From contig NC_073404.1 of assembly GCF_028641065.1 (NCBI RefSeq), positions 7,750,001-7,814,000 of the forward strand: a stretch of 64,000 bases of DNA. Reading direction: 5' to 3'. Position numbers and translations under genes: made by a program. The notes beneath the pieces are model-generated. The model searched no databases. It was not told the DNA's origin and was given only the letters and a program-made list of their open reading frames with translations. Positions 49,765-62,300 of the stretch are shown in pieces (the stretch's first letter is position 1; every line of letters starts with the position of its first letter). This stretch comes from Leucoraja erinacea. Its lineage: Eukaryota.

Positions 49765-49845
49765 TGGATGACGTCGGCCAGCTGGTGACGTGAGTCTGCT
49801 TCTGGCCTAGTGCGCAGGCGCGACGTTGCGGGCTAAGATGGCGGC
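49765..49845 (+). promoter_or_regulatory. MRM3: MRM3 core promoter
   Basis: Two TGACGT CRE-like sites, NRF1-like TGCGCAGGCGCG (49811-49822) and YY1-like AAGATGGCGGC overlapping the ATG. Confidence 0.65.
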
Positions 49846-50340
49846 GCTCAGGGTGCTCGTGTTTGGCGGGGCCGTCGCTCCTCTCCCATTCCCGGCCGCT
49901 CCTCTCTCATTCCCGGCCGCTGCGGGGAGGCGCTACGTGAGAGCGCTGAGGAGGAGGCCCATCGAGGTGCTGGACACTCGGCGGCAGGGAGCTGCTGGGG
50001 CCGGGGAGGCTCCCGGACGGGAGAGGCCGGGGCTCAGTGGGCCCGCCCGGCAGACGGAGATTCAGCTCGGTGGTCGGGCCGGGCAGCTGCCCCTCGGCCG
50101 GGAGAGGACTGGACTTCGTGGTCCGGCCGGGCAGAAGGAGCTTGGACTCGGTGGTCCGGACGGGCAGGAGGGACCTGGGCACCGTGGTCGTTCTGGACAG
50201 CTGTCCCTCGGCCGGGAGAAGACTGGACTTCGTGGTCCGGACGGGCAGGAGGGACCTGGGCTCCGTGGTACGGCTGGGCAGTTGCCCTTCGGCCCCGGCC
50301 TGTCGTTCGAGAGGGCGTTCCCCGGAGACAAGCGGCTGGC
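49838..50340 (+). CDS. MRM3: Mitochondrial rRNA methyltransferase 3 (RNMTL1), exon 1
   Basis: MAALR...RRYVRALRRRPIEVL...FERAFPGDKRL; gtaagg donor at 50341. Confidence 0.92.
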
Positions 50341-50996
50341 GTAAGGATGATGATGATACTTTATTGTCACTTGTACCCAGCTAGATGCTGTGAAATTATT
50401 TGTTTTTGCATACAAAGTACACAAAATGGTCGCCATAAAGGCGCTAAACAAAATTGCAAAAAGTACTCATCCCTTCTTTGTCCGGGTCCCGTGGAAGATG
50501 TATTGATCAAACATCCAGGCAGGGCTGACCTTCAGCAGGGGACAATTGGGGCAAGTGTGGTTACCTCTCCTCTACCGGTTCCATCTGCCCTTCATCTCCC
50601 TCCTCAACAGGTTCCACTCATCGCCAGTCAGACCTGATCTCCCTTCGACGTCTTCAGTCCTAATGTAAGGTCTCGACTATCCCTCTGCCTCTGCAGATGC
50701 TACCTGAGCCGCTGAGTTCAATGGTCCTTTATTGTCATGTGTACCATTTCAGGTACTGTGAAATTTGATTTACCATTCAGTCATACCAGAAAAAAGCAAC
50801 AATACACACAACTACATAAAAATTAACATAAACATCCAGCAGCTCCCCCACATTCCTCACTGTGATGGAAGGCAATAAAGTGTTATCTTATCCTCCAGCA
50901 CTTTGTGTTTTGTTCACGATTCCAGCATTCTTTTGATGAGATTTCCTCTCATTCTACTAAACTAGAGAATACAGTCCATCCAGTCAATCTCCAAGG

Positions 50997-51310
50997 GCGG
51001 CCATGGTGGCACAATGGTAGAGTTGCTGCCTTACAGCGCTTGCAGCACCGGAGACCCGGGTTCGATCCCGATGACGGGAGCTGTCTGTACGGAGTTTGTA
51101 CGTTCTCCCCGTGACCGTGTGGGTTTTCTCCGAGATCTTCAGTTTCCTCCCACACTCCAAAGATGTACAGGTATGTAGGTTAATTGGCTTGCTATATATG
51201 TAAATTGTCCCCAGTGTGTGTCGGGTAGTGTTAATGTGCGGGGATTGCTGGTCAGTGTGGACTCGGTGGTCCGAAGGGCCTGTTTCTGCGCTGTATCTCT
51301 AAACTAAACC
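50997..51310 (+). mobile_element. V-SINE (HE1/Ras1-like)
   Basis: Full head, core and CTAAA tail. Further copies at about 53237-53515(+), 54083-54340(+), 56437-56720(+), 57760-58085(-), 59440-59730(+) and 62893-63200(+). Confidence 0.85.
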
Positions 51311-53666
51311 TCTTATGGCAAACCTGCCATTCCTGGAACCAGTCTAGTAAATCTTTACTGAACTTCCTCTAACATATTCACCCTTTGGAAGGTGACTGTG
51401 CCCTACAATACAAGGAAGTCCCACAAGGTCTTGTATAATTGCAATAAAGCTTCCTTCTGTCATGAAATCGTCTTATAACAAAGGCTGGCCTGCCATATGT
51501 TCTTGGGACTACTTGCTACATCTGAACTTCGGCCTTCGGAAACCTGTGTACGTGCACACCTGTCCCTTTCAACATCACTATCCACTATCACTCGCCATTT
51601 AACAATACCCTGCTTATCAGTTATATTCTTCAAAATCCAGATATTAGAAATCCTAATACACCACATCCTTCAGTCTGGAGTCACCTTTCTCAGTATTAAG
51701 AAGGTTATCGACCAGTAACGTCACCTATTCCTTTTCTTCAGAGATGCTTCCTGACCTTTTTGTGTTTCTTCACACCACATCCTCAGTTTTCTTTCTTCTC
51801 TATTTTGATACTTGCATCCTCAAAAAACATTTGTTAACATCATTTTTGCTTTATCGGTTGATTGGGGTCACTCTTGCAGCAAGATGAAGCCTGGTTTATA
51901 GACAGAACCTACTCCCAATTAGTGAGTCATTCTGGGGATTCGTTTAAAGTTTGGGCAAAAGGTGAATGTCAGGGAAAAACATTATGCTCAGAATGATCTG
52001 AAATTCAGGGCAAAAAATAAACAGCCGGATAAACTCAGTGAGACAAGCAGCATCTATGGAGGCAAACAAATAGTGGATGTTTTATGCAGAGACCCTGCAT
52101 CAGGACAGAGGGGAGACAGATAATGAAAGAGAAATAAAAGGAGGCAAATGGAGCCAGGTGGGGGAAGAGGAGTGTGGAGGCAGTGACAGCATCTGCAAGG
52201 TGATGTCGAAATGCGGCTGCAGATGCCGGAATCTAAGTTTTAGAGTCATAAAGTGTGGAAACAGACCCTTCAGCCCAACTTGCCCTCACTGATCAACATT
52301 CCCATCTACACTAATCCCACTTGCATGCATTTGGCCCTTATCCCTCTAAACCTGTCCTATCTATGTACATGTCTGGTTGTTTATTAAATGTTGTGATAGT
52401 CCCAGTTTCAACTACCTCTTCTGGCAGCGCATTCCATACACCCACCAGATTTTGCGTGAATAAGGTACCCCTCAGATTTCCATAAAACCTTTCTCCCTTC
52501 ACCTTAAACCTATGCCTTCTGGTTCTCGTTTCCCCCACTCTGGGCAGGAGACTATGTGCGTCCACCGGATCAATTCCGCTCATTATTTTATACACCTTTA
52601 TAAGATCAGGTAAGAAAGGTGATGTGTGAAGTCTTACTCATGCTGCCTTGAGTCGCTGAGCTCTTCCAGCAGTTTATTTTGCTCCATTTGGCCCATATCC
52701 CTCCAAACCTATCCTAACCATGTACTTGTCTAAATGTTTATTAAATGTTGTAATAGTCCCAGCTTCAACTACCTCTTCTGGCAGCTCGTTCCATAAACCA
52801 CCCTTGTGTGAAAAGGCTACCCCTCAGATTCCTATTAAATCTTTCCCCCCTCGTTTCAAACCTATGTCCTCTGGTTCTCAATTCCCCTACTCTGAGCAAG
52901 AGACTGTGATTTCCTGTTCCTCCTCGCCCCTCAGATGCAGCATGCTCAAGAAACTTCACTCAGTGTTATCAATACAAATCTGGGGTGAGCATTAAGTAAG
53001 CTCAGAGACGGGAAGGCTCGCAACATGTAAACTAAATATTATCTGCAATATTGATGGAATTAATTAGAGAGACTGGAAAATCAATAGGAAGGGCACTTTT
53101 TACATTCCTTGACACAGTTCTGCATGTAAGAACAGTTCTATGATCCTTTTGTGATGTGAACCGCTTGGTCCATTTTATGTCCAGGTTTCTCATTAAAAAA
53201 AAAAAATGTGATTTAAAAAATAAAATCTGCTTTGGAGAGGCGCAGTGGCTCAGAGTTGCTGCCTTACAATGCCAGAGACCCGGGTTCAATCCTGACTACA
53301 GGTGCTGTCTGTATGGAGTTTGTACGTTCTCCCAGTGACCTGTGTGGGTTTTCTCTGGGAGCTCCGGTTTCTTCCCACAGGTTTGTAGGTTAATTGGCTT
53401 CTTATATTTGTAAATTGTCCCCAGTGTGTGTAGGATAATGTTAGCGCGCGGGGATCGCTGGACACTGGACTCTATGGGCTGAAGGGCCTGGTCCTGTGCT
53501 GGATCTCTAAACTAAATGGCGAATCTGTGTCGGAAGGAACTGCAGATGCTGGTTTACACCGAAGATAGACATAAAGTGCTGGAGTAACTCAGCGGCACAG
53601 GCAGCATCTGAATCGCTTGGTCCATTTTTGACCGGTAATTCTGGTTTCTCTTTCCTGCTGTTATAG

Positions 53667-53911
53667 AAAAGTTATGACCATTGTGAAGTCCAAGAAATTC
53701 CGTAACCAGCATGGGAAAATCCTACTGGAGGGTTGGCGGCTGATAGCGGACGCCTTGGAAGCCGGAGCGTCGCTGGAGACCCTCTTCTTCAGTAACATGG
53801 ACAGCGTGAAGGAATTGCCTCCGGAGAAACTGAAGCACGTTAAATTGATCAAAGTGAAGTTTGACGAGATTAAGATGTGGTCTGAGCTTGTAACTCCCCA
53901 GGGGGCACTCG
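53667..53911 (+). CDS. MRM3: MRM3 exon 2
   Basis: KVMTIVKSKKFRNQHGKILLEGWRLIADAL...WSELVTPQGAL; 245 nt; AG/GT boundaries. Confidence 0.95.
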
Positions 53912-54666
53912 GTAAGTACCAAAAATCACCGATAAAACGGGAGAAAGGCAGAATCAGAGTCGGGGAGAGCATCATCTCATTCTGATTGCGCCTATCTCAA
54001 TACGGGCCGTACCCGGGTAATGAATGCGTTCCATTTTTACAGACATCTGTTAATCAATATTTGTCCAGAAGTCCACTGTCTGGGGGCACAGTGACGCAGC
54101 GGTAGAGTTGCTGCCTTCCAGCGCCAGAGACCCGAGTTCGATCCTGACTACGGGTGCTGTCTGTACGTTCTCCCCGTGATTGTGTGGGTTTTCTCCAGGT
54201 GCTCTGGTTTCCGCCCACACCCCAAAGACATACAGGTTTGTAGGTTAATTGGCTGCTGTAAAATTGTCCCAAGTGTGGAGGATAGTTCCCGTGTATCGAC
54301 CAGGTGGTCGCTGGTCGGCGCGGACTCAGTGGGCTGAAGGCAAAGAAAAAGCAAGACTGGTTAAAAAAAAAAAAAAAGCATAAGATAGGAGTACAGCACA
54401 GGGACAGGCCATTCATCCCACAATGTCTGTGCCGAACATGATTCCAGGTTAAACTAATCTCTTCTGCCTGCACATGTTCCATATCCCTCCAATCCCAGCC
54501 TATCCATGTGCCTATCGAAAAGCCTCTTAAACACTACTATTTTATCTGGCTTTTGACCATGCCTGAGGCTTTGCTTCTGTTTGTGGTGTTTTTGATGTTT
54601 TTTTATTTTACATGTCTTTTCCTACTATTTCTTTTGATTGTTATTTTTGGCGTGTATTAATTTTTT

Positions 54667-54783
54667 GAGAAACTCAGCGGGTGCGGCAGCATCTATGAAG
54701 CGTAGAAAATAGGCAACGTTTCGCCCCGAAACGTTGCCTATTTTCTACGCTTCATAGATGCTGCCGCACCCGCTGAGTTTCTC
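54667..54783. repeat. Perfect 57-bp inverted repeat with 3-nt loop (Penelope pLTR-derived)
   Basis: 54667-54723 is the exact reverse complement of 54727-54783. Confidence 0.93.
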
Positions 54784-55831
54784 CAGCAATTTTGTCCACC
54801 TACTATTTTATCTGACCACCACCACCACCACCACCACCCCTGGCAGCACATTCCACCACCCTCTACGTACACCACATGCCTCCACACACAGCAGAATAGC
54901 AATGACCAGATGCTATTTCTGACAATACAGTCCCTCTTCGCCTGATGAGGCGGACCTAGAGGCTGTCATTCTTTGAACTAATGGGGACAACAAATCAATG
55001 CACACACCTAAAAGCACACACTGCTAATATTAAAGCAAGTATCAGCTTATACATGAATAGTAATTCTATATCACTTTGCATTGATGCATGTCAAAGTGTT
55101 CTTGTACCAAGCTGCTGTGAGGCAAACAATGTTGATGAGTGGACATTCTATACTCCAATTTTAGGTCACCTCTAACAACCTCTCCCTTTCTCCCCCCCAC
55201 CACACCCCTTTTTCTTGCCCCCTCCCACGTACCCCACCTGGACTTGCACCTGTTTCTACCCTTCTCCCTCACCTCTGTTCCTTCACAAATCACAGCTCTT
55301 CAATCCTTTTCTCTCACCATTTTGTCCAACCATCTGCCTATCAAAACTCCCACTTGCCTATGTTCGCCTTTTACCCTCCTCTCTTTGTCATGCCCCTACT
55401 AGATTTCTTACCCCCACAATCAGTCTGAAGAAGGGTCCTGACCTGAAACTTTACCTATCCATGTTCTCCAGAGATGCTGCCTCCCTCCCCCCCCCTCCCC
55501 CCTGCTCATTACTCCAGCACTTTGTGTCTTTTTTGTTGTAAATTGCACCTGCAGTTCCTTGTCTCTACATCTGGTGAACGGCAGATCATTTTTCACAGCA
55601 AGCTGAATGTGATGAAGGGCAGATTGTCCAGGCCTCCAGCTGAACCCCCTACTCTTCAGAAATGTAATGACATTTCCAGCACTGAGTGGAGGCCAGGCAT
55701 CCATTTAAGATCTTGACTGGACAACAGTGAAAATAGTGCGCAACCTTTGTCTGGCCTGGAACTACACGTGAAAAAAGTCGGGCAGGATTTAAAATACTAA
55801 ATGTCCCACCTGCTCTCGTTGTTTCTGACAG

Positions 55832-55996
55832 GAATTTTTGTTAAGCCAGAATATTCAAAGATGAAGTATCCAATTCAACAAGAGCACACTGTTCCCCTCT
55901 TCCTCATTTGTGACAACATCCGAGATCCCGGGAACCTGGGCACAATATTACGATCTGCAGCGGCAGCTGGCTGCAGTAAGATATTATTGACCAAAG
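55832..55996 (+). CDS. MRM3: MRM3 exon 3
   Basis: SpoU motif LICDNIRDPGNLGTILRSAAAAG; 165 nt. Confidence 0.96.
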
Positions 55997-57008
55997 GTGA
56001 GTATCTATGACCCTCTGCACCCTCAACACGTTGTCTTCTCTCCAGAGTCTCCTCACGGGGCAGCAGCCTGGTTGAAACGCCACCTCTACCACCACAAACT
56101 GGCAGCAAAGACAACCAAGGTTGCCCAGGCCACAGCACTGAAGCAGGCCATTTGGCCCATTGACTCCATGCTATCATGTGCCTGTTTGCACTAATCGAAC
56201 AAAAATCCGGGGTGGGAGATTGCGTGGTCCGCCTTGTTTCGACGAATGCAATCAACCTGGTGTGCACAATCAAATAAGATCAAATAGAACAAGTTGTCCT
56301 ACAACTTTAGACTGTGCACGCCAAGAAGAAGAAGAAAAATCCCAATTTATTGTTTGCAAATCTTTCTACTTTGGGGAAGAGTTTATTGCTGTCCCCTTTA
56401 TCTATACCCTATGTGATTTTATATACCCCAATTATAGGTGGCACAGTGGCGTAACTGGTAGAGCTGCTGCCTCACAGCGCTACAGGCCTGGGTTTGAACC
56501 TGACCTCTGGTGCTGTCTGTGTGGAGTTTGTATTCTCTCCCTGTGCCCATATAGATTTCCTCTGGGTGCTCCGGTTTCCTCCCACATCTCAAAGATGTAG
56601 ATTTATTGACCCTCTGTAAAATTATGCCGAGTGTGTAGGGAGTGGAAGTGATAACATGGACCTAGTGACAGATGGTCGAACGGCCTGTTTCCACGCTGTG
56701 TCTCTAAACTAATACTAAAACTAAAAGAAGCCTCTGCAGGAACAACTCATCTATCATCAAGGCATGGTTGCAGCCCTTGCACTTAACATTGAATTTAATC
56801 ATTTTGGATAATTATTTTTTAATTGACAGATACAGCATGTAACCAAGCCCTTTAGCCCATTGATATCTTCAAACACTGACCCTCACTCCGAGCTTATGCA
56901 CGAATGACAGTGTTGTGTTGTTAAAAGCTAATGCAGGGAATTATTGAAATTGTATAACTCCCCCTCCCTCTTCCCCTCTCCCTCTCTCTCTCCCCCCTCC
57001 CCGTGCAG

Positions 57009-57550
57009 GTTGTGTGGATGTGTGGGAGCCCAAAGTGCTTCGGGCCGGAATGGGTGCTCACTTCCGCATGGCCGTGATAGCGAGCCTGGAGTGGGAGGTG
57101 GTTCCCAACTACATCTCCACCAGCACCTGTGTCCACGTGGCGGACCATTCCTACCCGGATGTCGGCAGCCCCTCGGCCCTCCCTGGACCCCTGTCTGCGG
57201 GTGACCGGACCTGCACGTCTTCGCGCACAGCGGACGAGTACGAGGAGAGCGACAGCAAGGACGAGGAGCGAGAGTGCTCGCTCTCGCTGCCCAAGGTGGA
57301 CACTCAGAGTTGCTACCAACCGTGGGCGATGGAACAGACGGCCATTGTGGTGGGCGGGGAGACGCACGGCCTCAGCCTAGAGGCTCTCTTGTTGGCGGAG
57401 AAGACGAGGGGGCGGAGACTGTACATTCCCATCACTCCGGGCGTGGAGAGCCTCAATTCGGCCATGGCCGCGTGCATTTTACTCTTCGAGGGCCAGCGGC
57501 AGCTCTTGCTTCAGGCAGCAAATGCCAACAGGACTCCAACGAGCCAGTAG
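57009..57550 (+). CDS. MRM3: MRM3 exon 4
   Basis: CVDVWEPKVLRAGMGAHFR...VVGGETHGLS...GVESLNSAMAACILLFE; TAG stop. The spliced CDS totals 1455 nt. Confidence 0.96.
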
Positions 57551-57587
57551 TAACATCGCTGTTCTATGATCAAAAACGAACAAAAAA

Positions 57588-57593
57588 AATAAA
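57588..57593 (+). terminator. MRM3: Probable MRM3 polyadenylation signal
   Basis: AATAAA 38 nt after the stop codon. Confidence 0.55.
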
Positions 57594-59084
57594 ACAAGTG
57601 AATCCTTTACAATCTCTAATCCAGCTGTCTTTCAACTATTCACAACTTTTAATTTAGTTTATAGATAGACACAAAATGCTGGAGCAACTTAGCGGGTCAG
57701 GCAGCATCTCTGGAGACATAGGATGGGTGGCGTTTCGGGACAACGCCCTTCTTTAGTTTAGTATTTTAGAGATACAGCATGTTAACCAGCCCTTCAGCCC
57801 ATCGAATCCATGCTGACCGTCCATTGCCCATTCACACTAATTATCCCGCGTGTGCATCCCACTCCCGACACATTTGGCCGATTTGCAGAGGCCAAATAAC
57901 CTATTGTCTCGCACGTCTTCCGGATGTGGGAGGGAACTGGAGCACCCGGATGAAACCCACGCGGTCATGGTGAGAAGGTGCAAACTCCACACAGACAGCA
58001 GCCGAGGTCAGGGTCGAACCAGCGGACGGGGTCGAACCTGGATCCCTGGCGCTGCAAGGCAGCAGTTCTACCAGCTGTGTCACAGTGATGCCTCACACCA
58101 ATAGAGTCAGCTGTGCAAGTCAAACAGGTAGCGTGATAATAACACTGGTATCGTGTGTTCTTACAGGGACGTAGACAATATACCGGTGTTTGTCATTGTC
58201 GGCACAATCCCACTGATTAACCAGGCAACACAAAGCCTCTGCGTGATTTGACAGAGTGGTTTTAAATGATGTACTCTAATGTACATTGACTACAGTGTTA
58301 GTGTTTGCAGAACTGTATAAACAATATATTATGCACTTCAATGCAAAACTATTAAATGTCAGGCAATTACCACAACCTGCATACTTTGCAAAGTATTGTT
58401 TTGCTTGATTAAATGTAGCCTTCATGAATGACTTCTGATGAAAGGGCTGCCGTCTGTGATGAGAGCGCTCTTAACCTTTAGTGGGGCTAGTGGAGAGGTC
58501 CAGGGCTAACAGGTTCTATTCTAGTATTATTTTAACCTGGATATTACTCTTATATTTTGGTAACATCCAACTCTGTTCTTTTTCTTCTCTTCTTCCCCCC
58601 CCCCTGATTCCAATGCACATCCATTCTCCCACTGTCCCACCGCGTCCCCTTCTGTAAGGCATGAGAGCAGAATTAGGCCATTTGGCCCATTGAGTGCTCC
58701 ACCATTTAATCACTGCATATCTCTCTCTCAACCCCCATTCTCCTGCCTTCTCCCTGTAACCTTTAGCATCCTTACTAATCAAGATTTAAAAAAATACCAA
58801 ATGACTTTGACTCCACTGCTATCTACGGCAATGAATTCCAGATTCACCACCCTCTGGCTAAAGAAATTCCTCCTCGTCTCCATTCTAAAGATATGTCCCT
58901 TTATTCTGAAGCTGCACTGTCTGGTCCTAGATTCTCCCACTACTGGAAACATTCACTCTATCTAGGACTTTAATTATCCAGCAGTTTTCAGTGAGATTAC
59001 CCCCTCATCTTTCCAACCTACTGAGTACAGGTCCAGAGCCATCAAAAGCATCTCATGCGTTAACTCAATCAACCCCGGATCATT

Positions 59085-59317
59085 GGTAGACAAAAATGCT
59101 GGAGAAACTCAGAGGGTGAGGCAGCATCTATGGAGCGAAGGAAATAGGCAACGTTTCAGGTCGAAACCCTTCTTCAGGCTGGGTTTCTTAGACAACGGTA
59201 TCGACCCGAAACGTTGCCTATTTTCTTCGCTCCATAGATGCTGCCTCACCCGCTGAGTTTCTCCAGCATTTTTGTCTACCTTGGATTTTCCAGCATCTGC
59301 AGTTCCTTCTTAAACAT
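59085..59317. mobile_element. Penelope-derived palindromic insertion within a CR1 fragment
   Basis: Inverted pLTR arms flanked by CCC(C/T)GGATCATT at 59073-59084 and 59318-59329. Confidence 0.8.
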
Positions 59318-62300
59318 CCCTGGATCATTCGTGTCAATGAGATTCCCTCATCCTATCTATACCCCCCGACTTTACATTTCACTGCTCGTTCAAACCTACC
59401 TCCTCTCTCTGTTAAGGTGAATGGCAAAAGGACCTTGGGGAAGCGGGTAGAGATGCTTTCTCACAGCGCCAGAGACCCAGGTTCGATCCTGACCTCGGGT
59501 GCAATCTGTGGGGTTTGCACGTCCTCCCCGTGACCACCTGGGCTTCCCCCAGGTGCTCCGGTTTCCTCCCACGTTCCTAAAGACATACGGGTTAATTGGC
59601 CTCTGCAAATTCCTCCTCGTGTGTAGGGAGTGGATGAGAAAGTGGGATGACATAAACTAGTGTGAACCGGTGATCGATGGGCAGTGTGGACCTAGTGTGC
59701 TGAAGGGCCATGTTGTATCTAAACTAAGTTAAACTCTGAACTCAGCTAAATATGAGATTTGAAGCTTGGGAGTGGATGAAGAACACAACTTTCAGAGGGA
59801 ATTAATTAAATACCTGCATGGAAAACGTTTGAGGGATTGTTGAGAAAGAGAATGCGGTGGGACTAATTGGAGAGCACTTTGAGGGAACAGATAGGGGCAT
59901 AGTGAAGCAAATTGGCCAGGTGCAGTGTAAATGTGGAGGAAAGAACTGCAGATTCTGGTTTACAAAGACAAACAAAGGACACTTATTGTCACACACACCA
60001 ACTGGTGTAGTGTAATTTGAGTTGCCATTGCAGCACACCAATAATACATTGAAGATAGATCACGAAATGCTGGAGGAACTCATCGGGACAGGCAGCAACT
60101 CTGGAGAGAAGAAATGGGCGACGTTTCGGGTCTGAGGAAGGGTCTCGCCCCGCAACGTTACCGATTCCTTCTCTCCAGAGTTGCTGCCTGTCCCGCTGAG
60201 TTACTGCAGCCAGTTGCAGTTCAGTAGCTTGCCACTAGCCGGTGCTGCATCCATTAAGTGAGGCGAGCCGCACTGCTGCAATCCTGATATCAGCCACATG
60301 GTGGTGCCTGGATCCATACACAAGCCGCAGCCACTTTAATGGGTGGGGGAGTTCCTCTCAGCTGCTGAACAGAGTACACATATGTTCTTTATGGTTTAGG
60401 GGTGACCTCAGCGCAAATATACAAAATTCTAAGCAGGCTGTTTCATTTAGCTGGAGAGTCTACAACCAGGGAGTGCATTTCAGGATAACAAGTCAACCGT
60501 TTAGGACTGTTGTGGATTGTGAATCTTTAGAATGCACCAGAGGTCTGTTGCAGAGAGCGCTGTGAAGGATGAAATTTATGGTCCTCTTAAGAGAGATGGG
60601 ATTTGGATCAACCAGTGGGGACCTTATCGAACAGCAGAGCAGACATTTGCACACAGCCTTTTACCCAGAGTAGGGGGATCAAGAACCAGGTTTAATATGA
60701 GAGGAGAGATATGTAATAGGAATCGAAGGGGGCAACCTTTTCACACACAGGGTGTTGTGGATGAGGAATGAGCTGCCAGAGGAGGTAATTGAGGCAGGTA
60801 CTGTAAACAACATTTAAAAGACAGATTTAGAGGGATATGGGGCAAGAGTCAAGTGTGTTTATCGCCATATGCCATATTGTAAAGGCCGAGATTGACAGAT
60901 TCTTGATTAGTACGGGTGTCGGGGGTTATGGGGAGCAGGCAGAAGAATGGGGCTGAGAGGGGAAGATAGATCAGCCATGATTGAATGGCGAAGTAGAGTT
61001 GATAGGCCCAATGGCCTAATTCAGCTCCTATAACTTATGTAATAATGAAGATCCTATTGCAAGGAAAGGCAGGGGAATACTCTTTGGTATCTGGGTCACC
61101 ATTCTTCAACCAGTAATATGAAACTAGACGGTATAGCCTTTATCACACTGTCTATGAGAAGGAGGGGCACCCGCCTCATGAAGTGCCTGCATTTATCAAT
61201 GGTTTCTTCATTAGCATGTGTACCAAGGTACAGTGAAATACTTATTATTTGCATACAGCTCTGCAAGACTATCCCCGCACCTGAGCACAATCCCCCGGTT
61301 GATACAGAGTGTATAGTACAGCCCACTGAGTCCATATGCAAGAGGTGCCATTTTGGTGCCATTTCACCGTCCCAGCTGCAGCTTGCCGCTGAGGCTCGTT
61401 GCAGCCGTCTCCTCCATTTTGGTTGTCCCACGAACCAATGTCCCTCGCCTCACCCGGCCCTGTCTCCTCCCCTCAGCCAACCATGAACCATTCTACATTG
61501 CCTTGATCACCAACTACTTTCATCTGTCATTTTCACACCTGACATTCCTTATCTCCAGTTTCCCTCTTCCCTGAACCTCGGCCTGAAGAAGGGTCTCGAC
61601 CCGAAGACGTTCCTCATTAATTCTCTCCAGAGATGCAGCCTGTCCCGCGCAGTTACTCCAGCGTTTTGTGTCCGCCTTTGGTTTAAACCAGCGTCTGCAG
61701 TTCCTTCCTACACATTTCAACTGAGTAGCTCTCAGTCTGAACAAGGGTGTCGACCGAAAAAACGTCACCCATTCCTTCTCTCCAGAGATGCTGCCGGTCC
61801 CGCTGAGTTACTCCAGCTTTTTGTGCCCATCTTCAGCCCTTGTTCCCCTGGGGGCATCTCCCGCAACCGGCCTTGAGGGTGCGGAAGGTAACACCCCTGG
61901 TTCCCTTTACCGGACACTTGATCCAGCGTCCGCCACCATCACCATCACCACCTCCTCTCCGATTCCCGGTAGTTAGGGGCAGGCAGGGACCGGGCTTGGC
62001 GGGCTTCCCTTTCCAGGCGTGTTCCCGGCCACACCATAGTGCAGCGGCACAGATTATGGCCACTTACCAACATTATACCAACGGCCAGTCTGCTACATAC
62101 ACACTGTGAGATATTCTCTCCGGCGAGTCCTCTCATTCGCACGTGACGTGGGTGTGACTGCCAACGTTGGCCTTAAACCGTGACCTACTGAGCCACCTTA
62201 CAGAACTGTCAAGGGCCAACCACAATGCTGCAATCAATACTGCAGGGAAAGATGGCAGAGTTCACAAGATCACAAGCAATAGGAGCAGAATTAGACCATT

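Noticed and set aside
50015-50290. Collagen triple helix in MRM3
   Set aside because: Gly-X-Y register breaks every few triplets because units are 11 and 5 residues long.
50997-51080. tRNA genes suggested by A-box and B-box motifs
   Set aside because: They are SINE heads continuing into V-domain cores and tails, with no complete cloverleaf.
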